This document shows positions 55,920 to 63,999 of a stretch of DNA of 64,000 bases, piece by piece. Each line of letters begins with the position of its first letter. The first letter of the stretch is position 1. The stretch lies in the sequence record NC_014636.1; one strand, 5' to 3'. The notes under the pieces are model-generated. The model ran no database searches, had not been told where the DNA came from, and saw nothing but the letters and a program-made list of their open reading frames with translations. The position numbers and the translations under genes are program-made.

Positions 55920-56981
55920 TTAATCTCTGGAGAAGAAGTAACCAACAGCGATAGACGACCCGATACCCATCACAAGAGCGAGAATCACTACCCACAAGGG
56001 AGGTTCGCTTTGATCTTTCAGATATTCAAACTGTTCCATCGGCAGACGGTTGTATTTGTTTGCGATAATACTAACATTCTGTTTCAGCAAGTCAAGCGAT
56101 ATTTCTTTATCAACCGACTCATTTCGCAGAGTAATATGGAGTTCTTGGTTACCCATCCCATTGCCCAAACTTGTGCTCTGGAACCATGCTACTTTGTTAG
56201 TGCCTTTTTCGATGCCAAACGCCATAACGACATCATTTTTCTTACCACCGGCCCAATTATAGAACAGTGCTTGAGAGAATTCAAGTGGTTCATTGGTCAA
56301 AACGGCAATAATATTCAACTGCTTATCTTTGCCCAAAGACTTCAATGCCTCAGACAGATACATATTCCAATCTTTGGTATTCGCTCCGGTGAGATTGATT
56401 ACACGATTAACGTTATAGTAATCATACACTTCTGGATATTTCGGAATCTTGTTCTTATACGCTTCAATCAAATTCTTGTCGTGCGCAAACAGAGAATCTG
56501 GTGCCGCTTTGATGTAGTTGGTATATCCGTGTTCACGCGCTGCTGGATCACCGATTACGACTTTCGAAAAACGTGGTGGCTCAAGAGTGCCACGACGGTC
56601 GATTCGATCAATCTCAAAGTTACCTACCGTAGTGTGTACGTCCCAATCCCAGTCGTTTGAGTGTTCATAACAAGTATCGCATTGGCGAGTTGTAGAGCAG
56701 GACCGATTTTTACCAGATCCGGAACAAGTTCGAACTTGGCGACACCGGCAATCATAACTATGCGAACAGCTAACCCATGTGCGCTCTTTGGATGTCACGT
56801 ACCCACTCAAGATCTCGGTATCGTACATCGCTCGATATGCACCCATTCCATAAACTAATCCAGTCAACGCCACAGCGATGGCCGCGTTGGCAGCCATTTC
56901 GCCATAGGTATACGTGCGCTTGAACCAGAATTTGTATATGAACGGTACAAGCAGTGGTACGATCAAAATCAGGTAGAACAT
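55920..56981 (-). CDS. Multi-TM protein with Cys-rich loop and TPM-like domain
   Basis: Two N-terminal and one C-terminal TM; CSHSYDCRC..C..C..CDTCYEH; LNIIAVL..ALFYNWAGGKKNDVVM. Confidence 0.6.
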   Translation of the reverse strand: MFYLILIVPLLVPFIYKFWFKRTYTYGEMAANAAIAVALTGLVYGMGAYRAMYDTEILSGYVTSKERTWVSCSHSYDCRCRQVRTCSGSGKNRSCSTTRQCDTCYEHSNDWDWDVHTTVGNFEIDRIDRRGTLEPPRFSKVVIGDPAAREHGYTNYIKAAPDSLFAHDKNLIEAYKNKIPKYPEVYDYYNVNRVINLTGANTKDWNMYLSEALKSLGKDKQLNIIAVLTNEPLEFSQALFYNWAGGKKNDVVMAFGIEKGTNKVAWFQSTSLGNGMGNQELHITLRNESVDKEISLDLLKQNVSIIANKYNRLPMEQFEYLKDQSEPPLWVVILALVMGIGSSIAVGYFFSRD

Positions 56982-56995
56982 GACAATTTCCTCAG

Positions 56996-58051
56996 TTACC
57001 GCATTGCGGCTTTGATAGCTTCGATTCGACCAAGCTGGATTGCTTTACCAAGCTCTGGCCCACTGATGCCACTATACTGTTCCGACGTTACGCTGTCAAA
57101 TGCTTTTTCAATCTTTTTAAGCTTTTCTTTTGTGAATCGAAAAACATCGTTCAAATCGACCCAATGGGTAAGATCGATCAGCTCGAACAACTCCTCACGG
57201 AACTTGTCCTTCGTTGCATTCAGCATATGATAAACAATGCTGGAGTAATCGGCATTGTGATCGATTTTCTCTCCCATAGGGACAAAGAACTTAGCGGCAA
57301 TCATCGCAAACTTCTTGTAATCGCTCGGAACTTTGGCAACTTTGTAAAACGGTGCCATGTCCGACGCGAGAGCGACGCTTGCAAATTGCAGCAACGGATC
57401 GGCTTGTCTCAGATACCGGAGATTACCATATTCCAGATTGTATCCAAGAGCTTGATCGACACCAGTCACCTTTGTCAGGAAAATAAATTCGCTGAATTTA
57501 GGACCGAATGCTTTTTCGTACTCTTTCCAGATGCGCTCAGTTGTGAGGTGTGCCATTCGTCCATCTTCGATGCACCGATCAATGCACTCTATGGTCATTT
57601 CAGACAAGCGCATATCATAACGAGCGCCGAAGCGACAAGCGCGAAAAGCTCGCACTGGATCCTCATGAAATGCGTGTTCATTCACAACGTTGATAACGCC
57701 GGCTTTGATGTCTTTTTGACCACCGTATGGATCAACGACTACGCCGTTAAAATTCAGTGCCATCGCGTTCATGGTGAAATCGCGACGTTTCAGATCTTCT
57801 TCCAGTGTTACACGTGGGTTAAAGTCGGTAACGAAATCGTTATAGCCTTTACCAGTAGACCGTTCAGTCCGTGCGAGAGCATACTCCTGACCGAGATCAT
57901 CGAGATATACAGGGAAATCGGCACCAACTTTCTGATAACCAGCTTCCATCATATCTTCGTGGGTTGCGCCAACCACGACATAATCGCGATCTTTAGGCTC
58001 GACACCCATTACCATATCTCGAACTGCACCACCTACCAAATAGATATCCAT
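56996..58051 (-). CDS. cca: tRNA nucleotidyltransferase (CCA-adding, class II)
   Basis: YLVGGAVRD, KDRDYVV, ALARTE, EEDLKRRDFTMNA, EDPVRAFR. Confidence 0.92.
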   Translation of the reverse strand: MDIYLVGGAVRDMVMGVEPKDRDYVVVGATHEDMMEAGYQKVGADFPVYLDDLGQEYALARTERSTGKGYNDFVTDFNPRVTLEEDLKRRDFTMNAMALNFNGVVVDPYGGQKDIKAGVINVVNEHAFHEDPVRAFRACRFGARYDMRLSEMTIECIDRCIEDGRMAHLTTERIWKEYEKAFGPKFSEFIFLTKVTGVDQALGYNLEYGNLRYLRQADPLLQFASVALASDMAPFYKVAKVPSDYKKFAMIAAKFFVPMGEKIDHNADYSSIVYHMLNATKDKFREELFELIDLTHWVDLNDVFRFTKEKLKKIEKAFDSVTSEQYSGISGPELGKAIQLGRIEAIKAAMR

Positions 58052-58287
58052 CAGTTTTTCCTCATTTTGTAGAATTCAGTCAACTTGACCGCCCACTTAT
58101 CTTCGATGATAAGAGTCGGGTTAGTTTTCATTGGTAGAGTCTGACACATGATAACATAGTTGTCAATGTCTCTCCTCAGAATATATCGAACATCTTGTTG
58201 GAGTGCTGGGTCGTTTATCTTTGCCGACTCGTTGAGATCATATCGCAGCTTATACGCTTCGTCATATGTAAACTGAATCATTGCCAA
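58051..58287 (-). CDS. Small hypothetical protein
   Basis: Coupled ORF. Confidence 0.55.
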   Translation of the reverse strand: MAMIQFTYDEAYKLRYDLNESAKINDPALQQDVRYILRRDIDNYVIMCQTLPMKTNPTLIIEDKWAVKLTEFYKMRKN

Positions 58288-58532
58288 CGTCCTGTTTCCA
58301 ACATATGCATGATTGCAGAGGCATGATCATCGTCGATTTCGACTGTGCTTGCGGTATCATAGTTGATATCCAGCATGTCTACCATGTTACAGAACCGTTT
58401 CAGTCTGTTATCAACACGTTCGATTGTGAATTGGATCAGACCACCGAGGACTTGAACACTATCCGGGTCTGCGAGCATACGAAAGATAATCTCACGCATT
58501 TTTTCAGCGGCTTTATAGTCTAGACGAATCAT
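58278..58532 (-). CDS. Small hypothetical protein
   Basis: Coupled ORF. Confidence 0.55.
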   Translation of the reverse strand: MIRLDYKAAEKMREIIFRMLADPDSVQVLGGLIQFTIERVDNRLKRFCNMVDMLDINYDTASTVEIDDDHASAIMHMLETGRWQ

Positions 58533-58801
58533 TTTGCTTGCTCCAAGAAACGGTATGCATTAAGGATAAATGGTACGAACATGTCATCGATGTTAACTCG
58601 ACTTGTTGAGTCTCCCATCAAAGTTGTGCCCATCTTTTTTGTTAATTCAACAAACGGCTTGAGAACTCGATCTGACAACATTCCCATGTGGAAAATTTCA
58701 TTCGCGGCGTTATTCCACAATGTTGAGCCTTGATTTTCATGCCAGCGAACTTGACCGATTACGTGGATTATACTCTCCGCGTTTTTGATGTCAACTATCA
58801 T
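58529..58801 (-). CDS. Small hypothetical protein
   Basis: Coupled ORF. Confidence 0.55.
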   Translation of the reverse strand: MIVDIKNAESIIHVIGQVRWHENQGSTLWNNAANEIFHMGMLSDRVLKPFVELTKKMGTTLMGDSTSRVNIDDMFVPFILNAYRFLEQAK

Positions 58802-59025
58802 TTCAATACCTCGACAATCAGTTCCAGATCATCTGTGATTATCGGATATGTGCTGTTTGTATCGGTTGTGAGTTTGCACATACGGATGAAAGAGGATAGC
58901 TTAGTTTTCAGCGATTCCATTTTCATTCGATTTTTGTTTTCTAATGTGTCCCATTGTGCTCGACTCATTCCACACAGTTTGCTATGGATACTGACGACGA
59001 CGCCGTAAGATATTTGGACGTACAT
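58798..59025 (-). CDS. Small hypothetical protein
   Basis: Coupled ORF. Confidence 0.5.
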   Translation of the reverse strand: MYVQISYGVVVSIHSKLCGMSRAQWDTLENKNRMKMESLKTKLSSFIRMCKLTTDTNSTYPIITDDLELIVEVLK

Positions 59026-59282
59026 TATGCTGCCTTTTTGTTTTGACGACGGGTTACAGTGCTCGGCTTGGTGCCAACGAATATCACTTTCTTGGTACCA
59101 CGCTTGATGCCAGCGAACTTCTTTTCCAGGTCGGCGGCGATTTGAGCTTTAACAGCTTCGCGGCCTTGTTCTACCCAGCGACCGATGGTACGAGGAGATA
59201 CATCCATGTCACGGGCGACTTGAGCTTTGGTAACTTGCTTGCGAACTACAGAAACATAAGCTTGGATTTGAACGTTTTTCAT
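59025..59282 (-). CDS. HTH DNA-binding protein (paralogue 3; start MKNVQIQ)
   Basis: TKAQVARDMDVSPRTIGRW; 5' leader GAGGAATACATCATG identical to that of 23551-23778. Confidence 0.8.
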   Translation of the reverse strand: MKNVQIQAYVSVVRKQVTKAQVARDMDVSPRTIGRWVEQGREAVKAQIAADLEKKFAGIKRGTKKVIFVGTKPSTVTRRQNKKAA

Positions 59283-59287
59283 GATGT

Positions 59288-59375
59288 ATTCCTCAGTTTT
59301 GTTTGGAAGACTGTTTCGTCTTGATGTGGTCATAATAACAGGTACTAGGACCACGTCAACTACTTTTTCAAACTT
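59288..59375 (-). promoter_or_regulatory. Cassette-type early promoter with 11-bp inverted repeat enclosing -10
   Basis: TTGACG-N16-TATTAT; TTGATGTGGTC (59321-31) and GACCACGTCAA (59349-59), 10/11 match. Confidence 0.75.
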
Positions 59376-59376
59376 T

Positions 59377-59643
59377 TTAAAAAGAAATTTTCAGATAATC
59401 ACCGTGTTGATCTCGAACGTCTGCACGATGCACAGAAACATTGTAATCGTGACGCTTGATTTCCATAATCAATTCGTGTTCGATGTCTTGTTTAAAATCG
59501 TAGAAATAGCACTCACGTTTCCCGCCTACCGACGTCTGTTCGATCAGCTTGCCGACCTTTTTGATTGCTTCTGTCAGACGAATAGCACGGTCGAATTTCA
59601 GATTTTCTCTTGCTTGACTTGCATTGATCATTTTTGTTACCAC
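59377..59643 (-). CDS. Hypothetical protein, paralogue family X
   Basis: MINASQAR..IEQTSVGG..HDYNV..LKISF. Confidence 0.6.
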   Translation of the reverse strand: MVTKMINASQARENLKFDRAIRLTEAIKKVGKLIEQTSVGGKRECYFYDFKQDIEHELIMEIKRHDYNVSVHRADVRDQHGDYLKISF

Positions 59644-59894
59644 CCGATTGTCATCACGATAAGATCTCCATCACGGGGATCTTGACTTGGTTTATTGTTT
59701 GCAGAATAACCATATTCTTTCACGCGGGACGCAACAGCAACCGCATTTGCCATTCCATTAATATAATGGGTTGTTGTGGTTTTATTAGAACGAATTGCGA
59801 TCTTGATACGATCCTCAATTTCTTTCATATTCCGTTCTATCATTTCGTGATTGTTGCCAGCTTGTTGAATTCTGGCTTCATTTGCTGTAATCAT
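59637..59894 (-). CDS. Hypothetical protein, paralogue family X
   Basis: MITANEAR..IKIAIRSN..KEYGYS..MTIGW. Confidence 0.6.
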   Translation of the reverse strand: MITANEARIQQAGNNHEMIERNMKEIEDRIKIAIRSNKTTTTHYINGMANAVAVASRVKEYGYSANNKPSQDPRDGDLIVMTIGW

Positions 59895-59933
59895 GATTTT
59901 CTCCAAATTGAGGGCCGAAGCCCTCGAAAGTTA

Positions 59934-60263
59934 TTAGCCTACGCGGATGATGTCGATACGCAGGATACAATCACACACATCAGCACAAACACGAATATCG
60001 TTCTTACCAACTCGCAGAGTCATACCGAATTCTTGACCTTCTACCATGTCGTTGAACTTGATTTCTTCGTTGTTCAGACACAGATTAGCTTTTTCAGAGA
60101 AAGGAAACTCGCCTTTCTTGAGAGCTTTCTTTACCAGAGTCTTGACTGATGCACAACCTTTACCAGTACGAATCGCAGTTTCGCGACCGTTGTGATCGAA
60201 ACGCTCACAGTTGCTCAGACCGAAGTACATTGGACGATAACCAGTTGGGCCGTACATGTTCAT
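59934..60263 (-). CDS. Hypothetical early protein
   Basis: First gene after cassette C; GAGGA RBS. Confidence 0.6.
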   Translation of the reverse strand: MNMYGPTGYRPMYFGLSNCERFDHNGRETAIRTGKGCASVKTLVKKALKKGEFPFSEKANLCLNNEEIKFNDMVEGQEFGMTLRVGKNDIRVCADVCDCILRIDIIRVG

Positions 60264-60269
60264 AATCAT

Positions 60270-60362
60270 TTCCTCAGTGTTTCGTTTCGATGTGGTCATA
60301 ATAACAGGTAGAAACCAAGACGCAAGCACTTTTGAAAAAAAATCCCGCCGAAGCGGGATTTT
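60270..60362 (-). promoter_or_regulatory. Terminator-promoter cassette (PeSL-like), copy C
   Basis: UUCG terminator 60341-60360; TTGCGT-N16-TATTAT; leader GACCACATCGAAACGAAACACTGAGG. Confidence 0.8.
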
Positions 60363-60365
60363 TGA

Positions 60366-61523
60366 TTAGTAACCTTGTGGTACGAATTTCTCTGGATACT
60401 TCTTGATAACAGCCACGATTTCATCTGCCAGACTGAAATCAGGACGAGTGCTGAACATCTGCATGGCGATGTTGAACCAGTGACGCTCGTTCTTGAATTC
60501 ATTGGTCATGCTGATGGCATACTCGCGACGCTCCAGTGCCTTATACTTCGAATAAGCGTTGGTCAGTGCCTGCATTGCAGAGCTAACGACATCACGGAAC
60601 TTGGCATCAAACACTTCGATTTTTGCCAGACTGTTCGGATCGTCTCGGAACATTTGACGCAGGTCATCGGTGGCGTTTTCAGCACAAGCAGAAATCAGGC
60701 GCTTGCTGTCATTGATGCTGTCTTTGGTATGATGCAGAGCGACATACCAGTCGGTTTTCAGCTTGAACATTTGGTAATCTTCCATAACTACCACGTAACC
60801 TTCGATACCAGTCATGCCGTAAACGTTCTTGATCCACTCGGCACCATCTTGCGGAACTTCATAGAAATCAGCAGCATATTTGCGGAACACACTGTCTTTT
60901 TGCAGTTCGGCAAAATCAACGTATTCGCCGGTTTCGTTGTGACGGATGTTCAGAATGCGCAGTTGATGATCGGTATAGCACAGAACGATTTGGTTATGCG
61001 GTGCAGTCCACTCCATGTTGACAGTGAAACCTTCTTTCGCATAAGCACGGCAGAATTCCAGCAGATCTGCTTGATCGTCTTGATACAGCCAAACGCTGGC
61101 ATCATTGGCTTGATTGCTGCGAATGGAGCCTTTGGACTTGAGAAGCAGATTATCAACGTCCATGAAAGTGCTGATCAGAGAGCCGTCGCGCTTGTCGATA
61201 ACAAACTTGATCTTGCTCAGATCTGGCATTTTCATGTTGCCGTGAGTTTCTAGCTTTTCCCAGCCGATAACTTCGCTGTAGTTGAAGAATTTGTCCATCG
61301 GACGACTCATGATACGAACCGGAATTTCGCCGTTCATTTCGAACATGATGCCACGACAAGCCATTGCGTCTGGACGAATCCAATCGTTATATCCGGCAAC
61401 GTGATAATCGAAAATTCGAACTTTAGTACCGAGGGAGGTCACGGTCTCGGAGAAAAAGAATTTGGTGTTGTCGTCAACACACAGGTTAACCAGATTTTGA
61501 TACAGTTCTTTGATACTTTGCAT
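60366..61523 (-). CDS. rnlA: RNA ligase 1
   Basis: CRGIMFE, KFFN, motif I DKRDGSLI, TVNMEW, IEGYV, MFKLKTDWY. Confidence 0.95.
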   Translation of the reverse strand: MQSIKELYQNLVNLCVDDNTKFFFSETVTSLGTKVRIFDYHVAGYNDWIRPDAMACRGIMFEMNGEIPVRIMSRPMDKFFNYSEVIGWEKLETHGNMKMPDLSKIKFVIDKRDGSLISTFMDVDNLLLKSKGSIRSNQANDASVWLYQDDQADLLEFCRAYAKEGFTVNMEWTAPHNQIVLCYTDHQLRILNIRHNETGEYVDFAELQKDSVFRKYAADFYEVPQDGAEWIKNVYGMTGIEGYVVVMEDYQMFKLKTDWYVALHHTKDSINDSKRLISACAENATDDLRQMFRDDPNSLAKIEVFDAKFRDVVSSAMQALTNAYSKYKALERREYAISMTNEFKNERHWFNIAMQMFSTRPDFSLADEIVAVIKKYPEKFVPQGY

Positions 61524-61923
61524 AATGTTTATTCCATTCAGGGTTAAAATGCTTGATAACTCGGGGTTCTTCTAAGTGCATTGATGTTACGGTTATTGGG
61601 GTGGCGTTTCTTCCGATGAATATCGTCGGACATTCTTTTACATAGAGTTCAACGCCGCTTTTTACAATCGTTTTTTCTAACAGATCTGTTTTGATTTGAT
61701 TTGACACAAACGCATTCTTCCAGTTTTTGGAGTTGCGATAAGTGTCAAATCGCTTCCATAAGTCATTCGACTTGCCAATATACTTGACTTCCGAGTTGAC
61801 AACGAAAGCATACAAAACAAATATTAGTTGTCTGGGCTTAACGAAATCGCGAGATATTTTACCGCTATCATCAAGCCGCAGATCGCACAACTTTTTGAAC
61901 CCGAATCGTGACAGTTCATTCAT
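61486..61923 (-). CDS. denA: Endonuclease II-like GIY-YIG nuclease
   Basis: LYAFVVNSEVKYIGKSNDLWKRF; LEEPRVIKHFNPEWN; upstream of rnlA as in T4. Confidence 0.85.
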   Translation of the reverse strand: MNELSRFGFKKLCDLRLDDSGKISRDFVKPRQLIFVLYAFVVNSEVKYIGKSNDLWKRFDTYRNSKNWKNAFVSNQIKTDLLEKTIVKSGVELYVKECPTIFIGRNATPITVTSMHLEEPRVIKHFNPEWNKHYAKYQRTVSKSG

Positions 61924-62204
61924 ATGTCAAGTCCGGTATATGTCCCAGCCAACTTATTGACCAGTGTCGCTATTACTTCTCCGTGACAAGGAAGTGGTGA
62001 GCAGGTACATCCTAATCGCTTTCCATGTAGAGATAACAGCATTTCTTTTGTAATGTTACCAGATCTGATTTCATTACGCAAGTGATTTTTGAACTTTTCG
62101 ATATTTTCAGCTCGACTACCATCTTTGTGTGGGTTTCCCCAGATTGTACCGCGCTGGATGTCGATATCGAAATCCGTTTTATACTTGTTCACCACATAGC
62201 ACAT
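61920..62204 (-). CDS. DUF4326-like protein
   Basis: IQRGTIWGNP, LHGKRLGCTCSPLPCHGEVI. Confidence 0.8.
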   Translation of the reverse strand: MCYVVNKYKTDFDIDIQRGTIWGNPHKDGSRAENIEKFKNHLRNEIRSGNITKEMLLSLHGKRLGCTCSPLPCHGEVIATLVNKLAGTYTGLDI

Positions 62205-62676
62205 AGATTGCTTTCTCCATGAGATTTTCAGTTAGCCCATAACGCGCAGGACACACGTGGCGATCTTCCATCTCTTTATACTGAGAAAACAATTGGATGT
62301 CGTCGAGCACAACAAAGTTTGTAATACCGTTTTCTTTTATGTGGCGAATCACCGATTCTACTCGAAGATGTCCACCACCTGTGTAATCTATCACATCCGC
62401 GATTTCGATGTCAAGAAAATTAGCAATCTTTTGTGTTCTCATATCGTCGCCGACACGGAACCAAGAGCTAATCCCAACGACTTTCGCGTTAGTCTCGCAA
62501 ATGATTCGGTGCAGTCGTTCAAGCATCGGGATATAAACCCAATCAACTTTACCATACAACCGAATCACTCGTTTGTCCATATTGATTAGCGTATCTAGCT
62601 CGGAGTATGAGTTCAATACGCCATCGATGTCAAGATAAATTACACTGCCATAGGAGCTTTGATCGCTGAGTGGCAT
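62179..62676 (-). CDS. HAD-superfamily phosphatase (Swiss-army-knife RNA-repair type)
   Basis: YLDIDGVLNS, GISSW, FVVLDD, YGLT; start uncertain. Confidence 0.75.
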   Translation of the reverse strand: MPLSDQSSYGSVIYLDIDGVLNSYSELDTLINMDKRVIRLYGKVDWVYIPMLERLHRIICETNAKVVGISSWFRVGDDMRTQKIANFLDIEIADVIDYTGGGHLRVESVIRHIKENGITNFVVLDDIQLFSQYKEMEDRHVCPARYGLTENLMEKAIYVLCGEQV

Positions 62677-63473
62677 TTGTAATCCTCTAGTTGAATATCA
62701 TCCACTGAGAGATTACACGCTTCTTCCAGAGTTGTAAAGTCTTTTTTGAACACCAGTTTTGGCAGTTCGTAAGGCTCACGGCTCAGTTGTTCGCGCACTT
62801 GTTCAAAGTGGTTGTTATACACGTGGACATCATCCAACATGCCTGTTAGCAAACCCGCTTTGTAGCCAGTGATCTTTGCAACGATTTCAAGCAGTAAACC
62901 ATAACTAGCGATATTAAACGCCAATCCAAGGAAGGTGTCAACACTTCGCTGATACCAAGTCAAATTCAGACGTCCAGCTTTCACACTGAATCGGAACAGA
63001 ACGTGACACGGCGGCAGTGCCATATGAGGCAAGTCAACCGGATTCCAAGCACTGACGATATTACGACGACATTCTGGATTAGTCTTAATTCGTTCGATTG
63101 CTTTAGCGAGTTGATCGACCCCGTTAAAATCGCGCCATTGCTTGCCATAAACAGGACCAAGCTCACCGTCGGTATAACCCAGTGCTACCCCTTGATTATT
63201 GAAATTATCGTCCCAAATCGTTTTGGTAGATGATCCAACACCATAGGTCATAGTGCGCAGAGTTTCAACGTTAGTGAATCCGTTCATGAACCACAACAGT
63301 TCACCGCGAACGGCTTTCCATGCGAGTGTCTTAGTTGTGGTAGCAGGGAACCCGTCTGCCATATCAAACTGAATCATGCGACCGACAACAGAACGAGTAC
63401 CAACACCCGTTCTGTCCATTTCGTCAACGCCATGAGTCAGGATATCTTGCATTAAATCCTGATAGTTCTTCAT
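62640..63473 (-). CDS. td: Thymidylate synthase (intron-less)
   Basis: DRTGVGT, LGPVYGKQWR, ALPPCH, QRSVD, FNIASY, DVHVYNNH; uninterrupted ORF. Confidence 0.97.
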   Translation of the reverse strand: MKNYQDLMQDILTHGVDEMDRTGVGTRSVVGRMIQFDMADGFPATTTKTLAWKAVRGELLWFMNGFTNVETLRTMTYGVGSSTKTIWDDNFNNQGVALGYTDGELGPVYGKQWRDFNGVDQLAKAIERIKTNPECRRNIVSAWNPVDLPHMALPPCHVLFRFSVKAGRLNLTWYQRSVDTFLGLAFNIASYGLLLEIVAKITGYKAGLLTGMLDDVHVYNNHFEQVREQLSREPYELPKLVFKKDFTTLEEACNLSVDDIQLEDYKCHSAIKAPMAV

Positions 63474-63769
63474 AGCAGCAGAATACCACCTTCGCTACGT
63501 GAGCCACCAGACTCGCCAGCACCCTTGATTACATCAAGTTGTTTGCGCAGTTCGATGATTGCACTTTGCAATTCGGTGATACAGGTTTCGTGCATCTTGA
63601 ACACGTCAGACGCTTCCTGCAAACGCTGATTAATGACCTTGATGGTCTCACTTTGACTTTCGATCTTATCGCTCATATTCTCGAACAGATAAAAGAACAG
63701 CGCGTTTAGTTCTTCCTGAGTCATATTCTCAGGATCTTTTTCCATTAGCTCTTGAATGTTTACAGCCAC
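63470..63769 (-). CDS. Coiled-coil hypothetical protein
   Basis: Heptad pattern; coupled to td. Confidence 0.6.
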   Translation of the reverse strand: MAVNIQELMEKDPENMTQEELNALFFYLFENMSDKIESQSETIKVINQRLQEASDVFKMHETCITELQSAIIELRKQLDVIKGAGESGGSRSEGGILLL

Positions 63770-63999
63770 TCAGAAATATCCTCTACAAGTTCGGCCATTA
63801 CATAACGACCGTATTTTTCTAAAATGAAATCGAATTCAACAACCATTTCTTTCGCATCGATAACGGTAATCGTATTTTCAAGAATACCTTTCATCAGCTT
63901 TGGAAATGAGTTTGTACCAATCTGGATTTTATAATCTCTACCATTAGCCAGGATACTACCATCGATGTAATAAGCTGACCCGTTATAGTTCGAGAGAAT
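63760..63999 (-). CDS. Hypothetical protein, 5'-truncated by window edge
   Basis: Open frame ...ILSNYNGSAYY...LVEDISEWL* running off the window. Confidence 0.5.
   Translation of the reverse strand: MLSNYNGSAYYIDGSILANGRDYKIQIGTNSFPKLMKGILENTITVIDAKEMVVEFDFILEKYGRYVMAELVEDISEWL

Noticed and set aside
22463-58072. Other long + strand ORFs opposite minus-strand genes (22463-23158, 26444-27550, 31359-32282, 43854-44657, 47231-47962, 55758-56660, 57164-58072)
   Set aside because: All are antisense to well-supported genes and have the F/V/H-rich composition typical of shadow frames
23785-60362. Repeated hairpins as a CRISPR or mini-array
   Set aside because: Copies are kilobases apart and have terminator/promoter anatomy, not repeat-spacer periodicity
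62640-63473. Possible group I intron in td
   Set aside because: ORF is continuous with all thymidylate synthase motifs; no insertion
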